From the NCBI RefSeq assembly GCF_036321535.1, contig NC_087436.1, forward strand, positions 101,806,001 through 101,870,000: a DNA stretch of 64,000 nt. The letters are read 5' to 3'. This DNA is from Camelus dromedarius. Taxonomy: Eukaryota. Below the pieces are notes generated by a model. The model did no database searches, was not told the DNA's origin, and was given only the letters and a program-made list of their open reading frames with translations. This document shows, piece after piece, positions 12,110 to 26,187 of the stretch (its first letter is position 1; each line of letters opens with the position of its first letter). A program made the position numbers and the translations under genes.

Positions 12110-12777
12110 TACTTTTGTCCCGAAGAATGGATAAATATACTGATAAGGTGCTTAATCTGCTTTCTGGAATAAGTTATTTTATAAAGTATTCTTTGTCATG
12201 TATGACTGCTTTTTTGTGTAGTTGTTCCATAATTATTACCATTTTGAATAAAATTTTTATTTTAAGATAGTTTTCATCTTATAGAAAATTTGTGAAGATT
12301 GTAGGGGACGTTCCCATATACCACCAGTTTCTCTTATTATTAACATCTTGCATTTTTATGGTATTATTGTCACAATCAGTGAATCAATTCTGATACATTG
12401 TTATGAAATCTGAATGAGTAATGGAGCTTATTAGCTTTTATCTAAAGTTATTTTTTGTTTTGAGGTTCCATTCAAACGCCACATTACATTTAGTTATCCT
12501 GTCATATCGTGTGTCCTGTTTGTGATAATTTCTCAAGATTTTCTTGGCTTTTGATGACGTTGACAGTTTTGAGTAATATTGGTTCTCAACTGCCATTTGT
12601 TGGGTAATTTTCTCATAATTAGACTGGGGTTATGGGTTTTTAGGAGGAAGACCATTAAGATAAAGTACCATTTATCACATTGTATTAAGGGTTCATATTA
12701 CCAACCTGACTTACAACAGTTCATATGAATCACTTAGCTGAGATAGTGTTTGGCAGTTTCTCCACCTTAAAAAAAGG

Positions 12778-12913
12778 TTTGTTTTTTTTTGTTGGGGGAG
12801 GTAATTAGGTTTATTTATTTGTTTAGTCATTTATTTTTAATAGAGGTACCGGGGATTGAACCCAGGCCCTCATGCATGGTAAGCACACACTCTACCTCTG
12901 AGCTATACCCTCT
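12778..12913 (-). mobile_element. Camelid tRNA-derived SINE (Vic-1-like), full length
   Basis: Minus strand has A box TAGCTCAGAGG (12895-12905), B box GGTTCAATCC (12853-12862), then tail AAATAAACCTAATTACCTCCCCC and an A run. Confidence 0.9.
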
Positions 12914-13088
12914 AGCTTTTTCAACCTTGAAGTTACTCTTCTTCCTTTCCATACTGTACCCCTTGGAAGTAAATTACCAGGCTCAGGCCAAATTTAAGAA
13001 GTGAGAAATTATGCCCACCTCTTTGAAGGTAGAATATCCATATACTTTTTTTTTTTTAAAGTTCTTCTGCATGGAAGATGTTTCTTTT

Positions 13089-13124
13089 TATGTATGTATG
13101 TATGTATGTATGTATGTATGTATG
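13089..13124. repeat. (TATG)n microsatellite
   Basis: Direct reading. Confidence 0.95.
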
Positions 13125-14039
13125 TGTCAAATTATTTATATTAACATGGACTCATGGATATTTGCTTTTTATTCTAATCTTTTTTATTTGCTTTGATGCT
13201 CAAATTATTAGTCCACTGGGACTTAATCCACTAGGAGATCTTTCAGTTGGTTTCTCTGTTCCTGTGATATATTCCCTGTGTGTGTGAACTTGTGTGTTTC
13301 TGACACTGTAAGATGCTTCAGGCTTATTTTGGATCTATTCTGCCCAAGGCCTAGAGCCAGCCATTCCCCAAGGAGCCTTCGTTTCTATACTTGGATAATG
13401 GAATTGAATATATCTTGCATATTGTTTGAATACATAAATAATCATGATTAATAAATAATTTTAAAACCTTAAAATTAAACATATTTAGGTTTTTGTGTGT
13501 GTGTGTTTGTAGTAACTTTAACCAAGAGGGTAAGGCTAGTTCTAATTATTAAAACCCCAAACCTTAGATCCTCAAAAACTTAACACTTCACTCCTTTTTC
13601 AGATTTTCAAGGGGCCTCGTTGCTCATGGTAATTTAGGAAACTGGGCTCCTATCTTTAATTTTTGGCATCTCTAGGACTTCAAAATCTTTTTGCTTTCAA
13701 TTAGTACTGGGGGACAAAAATTGTTGGAGATAAATTTGCTTCTCATTCACTTCTAACAATTGCACAAGCTTGTGTCCTTTCATGCCTTTAATTGTCTTCA
13801 GATGCTCAGCTATGCCTTGCTGCAGTGGGGTTAAAAACTACAATCCCAGGCTGGATCCTGTTTCTTAGCAATAGCTTTAAGCTACGGAAGGTGAACACAA
13901 AGATCGTGTGGACAACAGGTCTTCACTTCCACGTGCCACTTTAGTTTAAGTCCTTAGTGTTTCTGTTTCCCAGGACATTACTTTAGACTCCCCTGACCCA
14001 CACCTCAATCTCATAGCCCTTCCATTAACTCTTTTAAAT

Positions 14040-14610
14040 ACTTCTAGTAAATTTGTCTTCCAAGTCATTCTACACATATTTGTCAAATTAACAGCCCTAA
14101 ATCAAAGAAATTTTCATCAAGTTTCCCTGCTCAGAAACTGACAGCTACCTATTACGGCCATACTGTTTTAAAGTTTGATCTGATTATTTGGATCTTTGCA
14201 TGAGCTATATATTCCAAACTTTTCTCACACTGTTTCTCAATATATGTTAAATGATGCAGCCAATCTGACTTGCTCATCATTCCTAGAACACACCATGTGG
14301 CTTCCCTCCTCCATATTTTAATACCCTCTCTCAGCCCTTCTCATTGTGCTGAATTTTATTTGTCTTCGAAACCTGACTTAAATGTCACCTTCCTTCAAGA
14401 TGATGGAAGTGAATTTTCTTTCTTTGAATTTTGATAGCATCTGGGTGCATTTGAAACCACTTTCCAAAATTTTTATTTGTGTTATAAAAATAGGGTTATT
14501 ATGACAACTGGACTATACGCACCTGGAGGGAAGATATTAAAAGTTACTCATCTTTATATTACTAGTAGTAAATAATAAAGTATCTTCCATGAATTTTTCA
14601 CTCAGTAAAA
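14040..14610 (+). mobile_element. L2 fragments, degraded
   Basis: ttcctagaacacaccatg, aacctgacttaaatgtcaccttcctt, cacctggaggg. Confidence 0.5.
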
Positions 14611-17068
14611 ATTTAAGTAACCATGGACAAATAATTTTAAAATAAAAAAAAAATTACCATGTATAATCTGCATAGACAAAATGTTCTTTTACGTTAAATT
14701 AAAACCAGTTTCAAACAGTCTAACTTTGACATTTGAAATATAAGCATTAGTATTTTGGCTTTATGATAAAATTTCCTAAGTGGTCACTTAAGGATGCAGT
14801 AATAGCCGTAACTAGAGTAACTTCCTTTTCTAAATTTGTGGCTGCTAAATGCAAAACACACTGATAATTTTTGAGTCTACATGTCAATTCAAATTAATTA
14901 AAATAATGATCCATATTCATATCCATCTAAAATTTTAATTTGAATCCTTTACATTTGTTACTACTAAAAATTACTTTTATATCTTCTACATTTTTGTACT
15001 GGGGAGGTATTTCATATACAAGACTGCAAACATCCATGATGCATACCTGTGTGAAAACGCATTTCCTTGAAGGACCACTTTTTGATGATCATATCAATGC
15101 TCAAACTTGCAACCATTTCATGTAACAAACAAATCCAAAGTTAATTAGTTTTGTACCTACTATACTCCAAGTAGTCTTCTTTAAGGTGATTTTTGAAGTG
15201 GCTGGGACATTCATAGGTTCCAATTGCATCTCCAGGATAATTCTGCATCCTAATTCTATGTAATAAACAATTGGACTCAATATAACGTAACTGCTTTATG
15301 ATTGATCATTTTACTGTTAGAATGAAATGATTCCTTTAATTTTTACTTGGAATATTGCTTGCTTTTCCTAAAAAAAATGTTTGAGTTGAATGATTATTAT
15401 TATATGTAATGAATGTTGCCTGTATTTTAAGGTACAAACAACATGTCTTAACAGTCATTGGTGTGTGAGTTGATCAAATTAATTTAATACAATATTTTAA
15501 AACAACATTCCACCAGATGCTATGCTGTGAACTGAAAGTGTACAGAAAAATACCATACAGAGAAAAATCATAGAATGGATATCATATAAACTATTGGATG
15601 CTTAACCCTACACTGACATTCTTATTACAGAGATTCTAACAATGTATTTACATTAACAAATGTATTTTCTTTTGTTGTGTCAGATTGGGGGTTATGAACG
15701 TAAGTGGTAATAACAACTCTCCTTTCAGGATTTGCTCTTGTTTTTCTTCTATAAAATTCAGCAAGAAAAACTGTCTTCAAAAACTGAAGGCACCTGGTAA
15801 CTATTGTTAAGTTTTCAGAAACATTTTTCAAGCATATGTATTTTGAGCCGAGCAAGAAATGAATTATGTTGGTTGGTCTGATTGGATTATCTGTAGCTTG
15901 TGTGGTAAAAGCACTAAAAATATGACAGTAACATTTGGTCTGAAATATAGATATATAACAAAGTCAGGAAAAAGAAATATATTGCAGGAATTTATTCTCC
16001 AATCAAGGCACAGTGGAATAAGGTACATAAATCCTCAGATATCAATGGAAAAACAGATAGAATATTTTGTGAAAGATACAGCTAAGGAAAAGAAGCAATT
16101 TTCAGATGTAGCGTGGCTTCCTTATTATTCATGTAACACTAAATAACAGTAGTACAAATTATGTAAGACAGGGGAAACAAAACACAAGTCTTGATTTAAA
16201 AATTTGTTTTCAATGTTCAGAAAGGCACGTGTCTCTCTACCCACATCAGGGCTCCCAGGATTGGTAGACACTAAAGCATTTGGAAGTCCTTTTGGATAAG
16301 CTGAAGAATTCCTGGTCTGCTTGATAGTACTATTTTTAAAATATATATTTAAACAGAGTCCCATGACTATTTCCCATAGAAAAAATGTAGTTTTTTATAT
16401 GAAACTGTTATTGATTGTACTGTAAGTTCCTAGAAAACTTTGACCAAATTATTAAGTTTTTACATTGTGGATTTTATATTATGTATTACATAGGGCTGCT
16501 GCCTTCTATTTTAGTTTTTATTTAGGTTTCTAGGTATAAGTGTGTGACTCTGGGCTCTTTTGAAGAGCAGGTTTGTTTTGTGTTTCACTGAATCCCCAGC
16601 ACAGAGACTACATTTTAAGAAATGTTTTAAAGAATTAATATATTTCATAAAAAATTATAAAGCTCAAAACTGATAAAGAGATTGCAAAATAGGAAATGTT
16701 TATTGAGTGCCAGGCATTGTTTTGAATTTTATGCATGTGTTATGTCAACCGTCAGGTAGGTACTATGCAATTAGAAGAATTAATTTGAAATTGAATGATT
16801 GAAAAATATAAGCAGATTGAAGAGAAAATTGAGGAACATCTCATTAATGTGCAGTCATCTTTCCTAGAATTTGTTATTTTTCTAGTGGAATTTTAAGAAA
16901 ATGATTTATTTTCATTGCATGGAATTTTTAGCAATTCTTAGTAATTTTGAATTATTAAAATGTCACTATAGTTTGGAGATTAGGAAAAAGCTAGAGATTT
17001 GGTTGCCTATTGAGAACGAAGTTCTCACAGGAGACCTAAAAGACTTCTGCTAATAAGGGAAAGCAAGT

Positions 17069-17094
17069 ACACACACACACACACACACACACAC
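17069..17094. repeat. (CA)n microsatellite
   Basis: Direct reading. Confidence 0.95.
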
Positions 17095-18227
17095 GCAGAG
17101 GCAGGAAGGGGAAATAATGAGACAGAGAGAAAAGCAAAGCTAAAATGGCACCAAGGGGGGATACAAAAATTTACCCAATGTGAGTAGTAAAATTATAAAT
17201 ATTTTAGTTAACCGGGGACTTTCTATAGATAAAATAGTCATCTGTTGTATGCTGAAAGTCTAAAGACAATGGTTCACCACAATATGTCATGATTGGTGGC
17301 AGGAGAACTTAATGTTTAATGTGACTGATCTTTGTTACATTATTGATACATAATAATCACCTATATTTATATATTTATATATATATGTCATGATAATGCC
17401 TTCCTCTATGCCTTATGCTTCCAGAAATAGAATAGAGATATAACATAGCAGCATAAATTCCATATTCCAGAATATTTATCAATTTGAAAATTTGTATACA
17501 TTTGTTTTGAGGTATTGGCTTTCTATTTGACTGAAAATATCATTAATCTTCTTCAAGTTACAGAAGAACAATGTCAGTCATTATACTTGCTCACCTCTTT
17601 TTTAATGGGATAAGGTATGTTATTAATGAGGATAATAAAATATATATGCTCTGAGTTCTCAATGAGGGACAAAACCTCACACTGAATCTCATCAAAACTC
17701 TCAACTAAGAAGATTATTACTTATGGAAGATCATATAAATGCATGCTATTCTCTTACTACCTGGTGTAATTTAGAGTCTACCATTAGATCAAGTCAGATT
17801 AGAATAACTCTAATGTTTTGACCTGACAGAAGATAGTGTAAAAGTTGTATCAGGCTTGTACAGACCTCTTCACCTTTAGATTAGGTCAGGCAGATCCTAT
17901 TATAAAGAAAAATAATTAGTTGTGGCAGGACAAAGACTAGAAATGTTGGATCTGAAAGCAGAACTTAAGGACAAAAATCATTCCTTAATGGCAAACAAGA
18001 CCACCATTGGAAGCCAAATATCCCATGTGAGAGTTAACTTCAGACAGAAGTATGGGCTAAATTTGGAAAGAGATTGTTCTGTGTAGAGTCTTATGTTATC
18101 TTGTAGACCCATTCCAAATGAGCATAGAGTAATTAAAAAAACAAGTTCACTGATATTCTATACTTATTTACTTGGTGTGTTTTATCACATTATTACTAGT
18201 ATTATCATTATTTAAAATTTTATATTT

Positions 18228-18331
18228 GCCTTGCTCCTGGACTTCCCATCCTCCAGAACTGTGAGAAGTAAATGGTTATTGTTTAAGCCACTAAATCTAT
18301 GGTAATTTGTTATAGCAGCCCAGATGGACCA
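18228..18331 (+). mobile_element. MLT1 (A-C type) LTR 3' fragment
   Basis: ggacttcccatcctccagaactgtgagaagtaaat...tttaagccac...tggtaatttgttatagcagcc. Confidence 0.8.
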
Positions 18332-20829
18332 TAAACCCTGTCTCATCTATATTTCTAAGTAACTTACTCTATTCAAAGTTAGTATTTAAAAATATATAAT
18401 TACCTAGATATATTTTTATATAATGGCAATTGTTTTATTACTGGTTCATAAAAGTAGACGAATGCCTGCTTATTTACAAATATTTTAAGCTACTAATAAT
18501 AACTGTATTTTTAATGATTTGTACTTACAGTGTCTAGTACAGAGCATTAGTTAAGTAATGAATAATGTTTCAAACATGCATAGAATCAACAGAGAAACCT
18601 TCCAGACCTTCCAGTCAGTATAAGGTACCAGAGCCATAAGCTTGCAAAGGGCCTTACAGAACAACCCAGGAAAATAGGGTGATAAAACATAGTTGTTAAA
18701 AAAAAAATCTAAATACTTGACATGAAAGTATGTCCAATTACAATCAAACAAAATGACATGATAGACAATAAAATTTATTTTTATATATTCTAAAATATAT
18801 ACTGGGTTTGGCTCCATAGAATATATTCATAATAAACATAGTTAGCAGAATTATACAAAAATATTCACGAATTTTATATAAGGATGATTTGAGCTGCAAA
18901 AATAAGTCAATGTGAATACTGAATCATGAAATTCACAAAAGAGGCTTTGGTGTTTAATTGCTAAATGCCAGACCATGACTCAACACTGTCTTTGTCTCAA
19001 CAGTTTTTAGTACTTCGACTGAAGAGTCAGGTATACAACTTTTTGAAACTGGATCTGTATACAGGTTTTCTTGGAAATCACACTTGTTTTTATTCTAAGC
19101 ATATAAAATATTAAGTTAGAATGGCCAAAGCGGTTTTAAGTGGACTGGAACCTATTGATTGAAACATTCTTTAATTTGAAATGTTTCTGTCAGGTTAATG
19201 AATTGGAGTAATAAAATCATATTGAAAATACCTGCTTGTGAAAAGGAAGCTATACAAAATCAATGGGGAGGAACATATGTAGGTGACAAGCTGTAAATTT
19301 TCTGAATGAAAATTAGTTTTTCTGATATAAGCAATGTTTGATTGTTAAGATTCTTTCAATACAAGATATGTTAATGCAGTCTTGCTTATCTTTGCATTTA
19401 TCTTGTTTACATGCTGTTAAGAGGGAAATGCAGATGATTTTATGGAGAGAAAAATCTATGCAATATAATTTTATTAATTCTCAAAATACCAAAAATTAAT
19501 ACCTTTTAGGTTAGACATACTCCAAATTAGGATCAAGTAAGATTCAGTGTCTGGTGGCATGGACATAGTAGAGATTCAACAATGGCAAAAATAAAATTGA
19601 TCCAGTTTTCTATTAATTTCAAATAGCAATGTGGTTTGAACTATGTAAAATGATAGGACAATTTCACATGCTTAGATAGACATAGATATCATAAAAATGG
19701 ATAGATTTATTAAAATGTATAATGAAATAAAATTGTATTAAATTTCAAATTCCTCAAGGTAAGGAACAGTTCTTAGTGATTCCTATTTAACTTACTGTTA
19801 AACAGAGTTTAATGCAGATTTCCCTGGGTCATAAAGTAATTTAGAATGTATTATGGCAAAAGCAATTAAATATACACTTCAATAGTATACTGGTTAGGTA
19901 GCCATGTAAATTGTCTCAAGTTGAAATTATAAGCCTAACTTAATGCACTCAGAGAGAGAGTTTCTAAAGACTGAGCTTTGGATCCCTCTGTATACATTTG
20001 TAAAAGCAAAATGTTTATTATTTCTAAGCTTCTGCTTTTGTGAAATAATTCCAATTGTAACTATTCTTCCATAGAATAATAAACTAATATTGATAATACC
20101 CTTGCAGATGGGTTTATTAGATATGGTTAATAATTTTTTGGTTTGGTTTTTGTTCCCAGTCATCTTTATTCCTCCATTTCTTCTACTTTCTGCAGTGACT
20201 CAATGATTTTTTTTTTTAAAAATACTTTCATGAAATTTAACTATGGAAGCAAATATTTTTGTTTTCTTTATGTGGTTATTCCCCTATTGTTAGTATGTTA
20301 CAAAAAAGATGTACTTCTATTTTTGTTGCTGTCATTGTTTTGGCAACCTTTATAAATGTTTATTCACAAAACCCTGAACTCTTTCCAAAATTTATATAAG
20401 ATATCTCTACTAATAAATTTTCCTGTGTCCAAAATATTTAATATAATATGAAGTAGTTTTTTTGAGAAACAGAGTTGTCAGTCTATGTTGTTGATTGCAC
20501 CAAAATAAACAAACCACAACAATGATTTCTGTAAGGAATTTTCAGGAATAAAAAATTGAGAAATCATACAGACATTTGTACTCAAACTTGTAACTTAATA
20601 TTAACCATGTTTAAATATAGAAAATAAAATAATTATTTCTACCTAGTTCATAACTCAGTGGCCTAATGAACATATAATCACTCTTCAGAAATCTCTTCTC
20701 TGCATCAAGGACAATGCTAGGAACTAAGACAGAGCTTATGGAACACAAATTACTACCTAAGAACCAAGATGCTCCTATCTGAACTTGCCCTTTGTGAAAA
20801 CAGACTGAATCCATTTAAGTGTGAAGAGC

Positions 20830-21045
20830 AATGCTGTGATGCAATGAATGAGTCTGGAGCCTGGCTGATAGGGTTCAGGTTCTGGCTCCACCACTGACAC
20901 GGTATGAGGGACATGTAGATGTTACCAATCTGAGTTCCTTCCTGTTAACTGGTGATAGGAATAGCCCTGTTGTGTAATATGTTATGAAGATTAAATAGGA
21001 TGATGAAATTATGGCTCCCAGCACAGAGTTCACAGTCTACATTAG
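20830..21045 (+). mobile_element. MIR SINE
   Basis: tctggagcctggctg...gggttcaggttctggctccaccact...gttatgaagattaaat. Confidence 0.7.
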
Positions 21046-21289
21046 CTCCTAATATCTTTCTGAAATGCTTTCAAATCTACTACTTCACTCATAAGTATGC
21101 TTCTATAAAATTTGAATATGTGGGGAAATTTTGAATTCTGTTCACCTGAAATGGATGAATAACTGAATTTGAGATAAAATACTGGACATGGTAATAGTGT
21201 TTGTAGTAATAGCAGTAGCAGTAGCAGCAGTAATAGTGAAGTAGGATCATGACTGAGAACATCATTGACCATGATGAAGAGCTGTGATA

Positions 21290-21880
21290 GAAGAAACAAG
21301 CAATAGAGTAATATAAAAATTAAGAGTTTTTGAGATGCCAAGATAACTCAGGACTTGTATGATAAACACTAAAAAACAATTTGCCTAAAGAGCCCAAAAT
21401 GGAAAGCTTGATGACATTAAGGGATAGTATTCCATGAGAACATTAAATGTTGTTAAGGATTTTATGTTTTGCAATTAATTAATAAACATAAGACATTGAC
21501 AAAATAATCCCCCAAATATATTTGGAAGTGAAAGTAGGTAAAACTAACCCAAAATATGTGGGAAAAGTAGATTAACATTCAACTTGTTTTCCTATTAGCT
21601 GTTATAGTAATGAAATGATGTTATTTGAACAAGAAATCATAGTATTTGTACATCAGATGCTTACTTCAAATTATATATTTGAAATATGATAAAGACCAAA
21701 CATTGGATAAAAAAGACATAATTTAATTAATAATTTAAAGAAAATTGATTAAATATTTGAAAAAGGATACAGTCACATATTTATTTCTTACAACACAATA
21801 AAATAGATTTCAGATATATCAAATTGTTAAATGCAAAAGAAGTAAAGGCAATCTGAAAAAAAAATGTATAAAATGAGACA
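21290..21880 (+). mobile_element. Highly decayed L1 ORF2 fragment (L1ME/L1M5-like)
   Basis: A-rich sequence with collinear L1 ORF2 remnants (caggacttgtatga, aaatgttgttaag, aaaatagatttcagatatatcaaa). Confidence 0.45.
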
Positions 21881-21909
21881 GTCTTTCCAGAATAAAATAT
21901 AAAACTCAG

Positions 21910-22700
21910 TGTCTGATTACTGAGCCAAGATGAAGTGTCTAACATCAAATTTGCCTTCCTACCTGAAACAACCAAAAAAAAAAAAAAAAAGCAAATTATA
22001 TGAAACAAGAGTTTTTAAGACACTGTACATCAGGTAATGAAGAAAGACAATCCCTGAAAAATGCGAAACTAAGGAGATGAGCCCTGTGATCGCCCCAGCT
22101 TATTGTCTAGTTTGCAGGCTGCAGCTCAGCAGATTCCTTAAATTGAAGAGACCAACCTAGAATGCTGGGAAAATCAAGACAGCCATAGTTTATCAATCTA
22201 GAATTCTATACCCAGCAAAAATATCCTTCAAAAAATGTAAGTGAAATAGAGACTTTTTCAGGCCTATGAAAGCTGAAAAAAAGTGTCACCAAAGAAAAAT
22301 GATAGCAGATGGTAATATGGATCTACACAAAGGGATGAAGAACACAGGACATGGTAAATCCATGGGTAAATGTGTAAATATTAATTAATCTCTTTAAAAT
22401 ATAATTGACTGTTCAAAAGATAATAAAATGCATTTAGGGGTTTATAACGTGTGCTTAAGTAAAATGTATGGCAACAATAGGATAAAGGCTAGAAGGAGAG
22501 AAAAGTAAGGTTTTTATAATATACATGTGAGGGTCATATAACATGACTTGAACATAAACTGTGGTAAGTTAAAGATGTATGCTATAAACCTTGAAGAAAT
22601 GACTAAATAACAAAACAAAACAAAATTATAGCTAATAAGCTAACAAAGGAGATTTGAATTGAATTGAATCATAAGAGTTATTCAATCCAAAGAAGGAAGG
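21910..22700 (+). mobile_element. L1MC/L1MD-like 5' end, internally deleted, running into ORF1 C-terminus and inter-ORF spacer
   Basis: gccaagatgaagt...acctgaaacaacc 5' terminus, then tcaatctagaattctatacccagcaaaaatatccttcaaa (ORF1 RILYPAKISFK motif). Confidence 0.8.
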
Positions 22701-23649
22701 AATGAGAGCATTAAATTCTACCAGGAAACTTGGTTCCAGTACCAGGTATGTCTCTGGCTAATGGTAGGAACCCAATCAGCTTCTCTCTCTGGTCTCCAGT
22801 TTTCCTCCCTGTAAAGGGAGGTGTTTGGACTAGAGTCTAATCTAGTTACTAGTTGATCTACAAGGCTCGATAGAGCCCTAACATTCTGGAGCATCTGATC
22901 TCTTTGTCAGAATGTCCCCTGAGATCTTAGAGACGAGGGATTATTAGAGAGGTAAAAGAGGATACCAGGAACCTGCATTTAAACATCCCTTTGGAAGGAA
23001 GATTGGACTGGGAGTCAAGAGACCTGGCTGAGCAGCCCAGTAACTGCTGGCCTCTTAATTGCAGGATTCTCATCTTGAAGTAAAGTGGCTGACGAGTCCC
23101 CGGGACATTGTCACTTCCAGCATTTCAATTTCTGATTCTAAGTATCATGTTCAGTTGTTCCCTGGCCCTTAGTCATTATCCAGTAGAAATAAATTGAGTC
23201 TCATGAACTCTGATTACAATTCTGAAATTATATTATCCTTTGGGTGATTGTGGATAAAAACTTTTCAGCCAAGTCCCAGTTGTAGATGAAGCCAACCAGC
23301 TATATGGCAGGGGAAGATTGAAGTAAATAAAGTACATGGAAACTGAAATTATCTAAGGCAATACTTCCTTTTTTCATATCACCACGGTTACTCACAAACA
23401 AGTCTGACTATTGAGGGGAGTCTTTAAGATCCAATTCTTCTTAATTACCAGTCCTTACTCTGCATATAATTTTTGTTCTTATTGTGAATGCCTTTTCTGT
23501 GCCTGAGTGGATTAAAGATAGGAAGGGATGGGAGAGATTTTAACCCTAAACTATAATTCAGTGTTCACTTAAGAAACAACACTTTCATGTGGATCTGTTG
23601 ACTGTGTGGGTTTAAGACATGAGCTGAGTTCTATCTCTTACAAACAGAA

Positions 23650-23790
23650 TCATGGAATTCTTCTGTTTGATGGTCCTTAAGAAATCCCTGATGCCTTGCT
23701 AGCATCACAGTAATCAGCTCTGCTTGGGACTTCAGTGAAGACTGGTCTTCACCTATGAGTCACCAATGAGACACTTATTCAGGATAAGAT
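23650..23790 (-). mobile_element. Possible L3/CR1 3' fragment
   Basis: agaatcatggaatt...tccttaaga...cagctctgcttgggacttcagtga resembles the antisense L3 end. Confidence 0.35.
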
Positions 23791-23793
23791 ACC

Positions 23794-24110
23794 TGTTATG
23801 GGTTGAATTTTGTCACCCCAAAAGATGTTGTTATCCTAAACCCCAGTACCTGTGAATGATGTTATTTGGAAATAAGGTCTTTATAGATTATCAAGTTAAG
23901 ATGAGGTCATTAGCATGGTAGATCCTAATCCAATATAAGTGGTGTCCTTATAAAAAATGGAAAATTCGGACATAGACATGTGCACAGGGAGGACACCATG
24001 AGAAGATACAGGCAGAGACTGGGGAGATGGATAACAAACCAAAGAACACCAAAGCTTTCCAGCAAAGCTGGGCAGATCCTGGAAGAGAGGCATGGGACAG
24101 ATTCTTCATG
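23794..24110 (+). mobile_element. MLT1C-like LTR, 3'-truncated
   Basis: tgttatgggttgaattttgtcacccc...ttatttggaaataaggtcttt...aagttaagatgaggtcat...gaggcatgggacagattct. Confidence 0.85.
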
Positions 24111-26187
24111 TTCCATAAAGGATCTCTGGATAGTAAAATTGTGGGTAACTGTGAAAATTTCTAGTTTTCTAATTATGTGCTATATTTGTACACATTATAA
24201 AATGAATAGATAGATATAGATCTAGAAATAGGTATAGATATAGATCTGAAAGACACAGCCACATCAGCATATTTCTAATATGAGGTGGTCGTGCTTCTAA
24301 AAGTCAAGGACATGAAATATGTAATAACTGAGTTTCAAGCAATTAAAATTTTGTTCCTTTTTCCTACATCCACTGAACTATGTTTGGTGATGAGTTGGGA
24401 CATTATAGATCTGCAAAGCCTTCTCTTCATTGAAGAGACAAAATAAAATGTAACAGTATAAACTGAAAAAGGCATAAAGATAATATACACGATCTGAAAA
24501 TGAAATATTACATGATTCTGGAACAGTCTTGGGAAAGGTCTAACGAAGGACTCTAGGAACACACCTCTAACAAACAGAAGGACATGTACAGGCTAAGGAG
24601 GGAATAATAGCATGAAAAAAAAAATAAATATGTTTTTTCCTAAAGATTAGATTTTTGGTTAATTGGTTTCTATTTTTAATGCTGCATTTTATTTTACCAA
24701 AAAGTCAAAGGAAACAAAAATTCTGATTTTAATGAATGATGGGCACTGTGCTGGCCACCAGCCTTCCTTGAGAAAAGGTTTTTCCTGGGGTGATTATGAA
24801 AGAGAGTTAAACACAGTTTTATCAGAATATGGTAGGGAGAGAAAAGTGAGAGTCCGAGATAGAGAGATTCAGGGCTTGTGAAATGAACTGTCTGGGCGTG
24901 AGATCCCCAGGAAAACCACTGTAGCATCAGGCATGGTTATGGAAAATGAAATATGAAGAAATAACTCCAAATCAGAGTCACTAAGGACTACCCACTAATT
25001 ACATGGGTGGACTAAAATAAATTCAAGAATCAAGAGATCACCATTCTAAAAGCTTAGAAAATTGGGTGCATTGCAAATGTATATGGAAATTAGAAAGTAA
25101 GGTAGGTTCTTGGGGTAGGCTTTGGTCATAATGAGTCTACAGCCATGCAAAACTCTAAAGCAGAAAGAGTTTGTGGATACTTCATGCTCAGGAAGAGCTT
25201 AATAAAAGGGTGCAAAAAACTTGACAGTATAGTCTCTCTCTCCTGCTTCTGACCAATCAGGAGTGACCTCTGGAAATCACTATTCTGTGCAATTGAACAG
25301 GCTCTCGGCTGGCTCATTACTGAACCATTAGAGCAGTGTCATGTAGGTCTCAGTGAAAAAAAAAAAAAGAAGGAAAGAAAAAAAATCCGTTAGAAACAAG
25401 TCAGAAGGGACTTGCACATAGTCATGCTGTGTAGTTATGGCCCTGTTGTTGTTAAAAACATTCCAAAAATAACTGCATCTTAAAAGTCACCAAGGAAGAA
25501 GTAAGTTTGAATATTTTTCATGCTAAAAACTAATTCTTCCCACTCTCTAATAATGTTTATTGCTGACATCTGCAGCGATTTACACAAAAATAAGATGTTT
25601 AGTGTCGACTTGTCAAATATAATATTCTCTCTGTCCTTTAATAGTTTTTTGAGAACATGCTTGCTTTCATTTATTTTTTGAAATTATTTCTTTTTTGTGG
25701 CAGTTATTCTAAACAGTTAAAAAAAAAAAACAAACAAGCCAACACAAATCATTTTTGAAGTGTTTTCTGGCTCACTTGAGAAAAGAAAAATCCAAGTAAC
25801 ATTTTCAGAGCCAATATCTGTTAAAACATAATTAACTTGTAGTGTTTGAAGACCTCTCGGTGGACACTCAGTAGCTGAGGAAAGGCATGACCTTGGCTGG
25901 GGGGTAGTGTCCTGCCGGCCTTGACAGGTAAGAGGCTGCCTTTTATTTATTTATATTTAAACTTTTTATTTTGAAATAATTTTTGGATTAGCAGGAAAAC
26001 TGCAAAAACATGAAGAGTTTCTGTAAAGCTCCTACCTAGTTTCTCCCATTGTTAACATCTTACTTTACTCTGGTATATTTGTCAAAACTAAGAAACTGAC
26101 ATTGATGTATTGGTGTGAACTAAACTCCAGTGGATTTCATCACTTTTTCTGTTAATGGTCTTTTTCTGTCCCTTGATATAGTCTAGG

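Larger units (their letters stand above)
12253..13410 (-). mobile_element. L1MC/L1MD-type 3' UTR, interrupted by a SINE
   Basis: ttcccatatacc, attattaacatcttgcat, ccacattacatttagtt, attagactggggttatgggttttt, catggactcatggatattt. Confidence 0.8.

Noticed and set aside
8154..12913. tRNA genes at 8154-8245 and 12778-12913
   Set aside because: They have A/B boxes but continue into SINE tails and poly(A), so they are tRNA-derived SINEs
13837..13849. ACTACAATCCCAG resembling the ZNF143/THAP11 ACTACAnnTCCC promoter motif
   Set aside because: Spacing is one base short and there is no CpG island or promoter context
25809..25927. Exon candidate ending in CAG|GTAAGA
   Set aside because: Strong donor but weak acceptor tract and no recognisable coding frame. 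Such sites are expected by chance in 64 kb.
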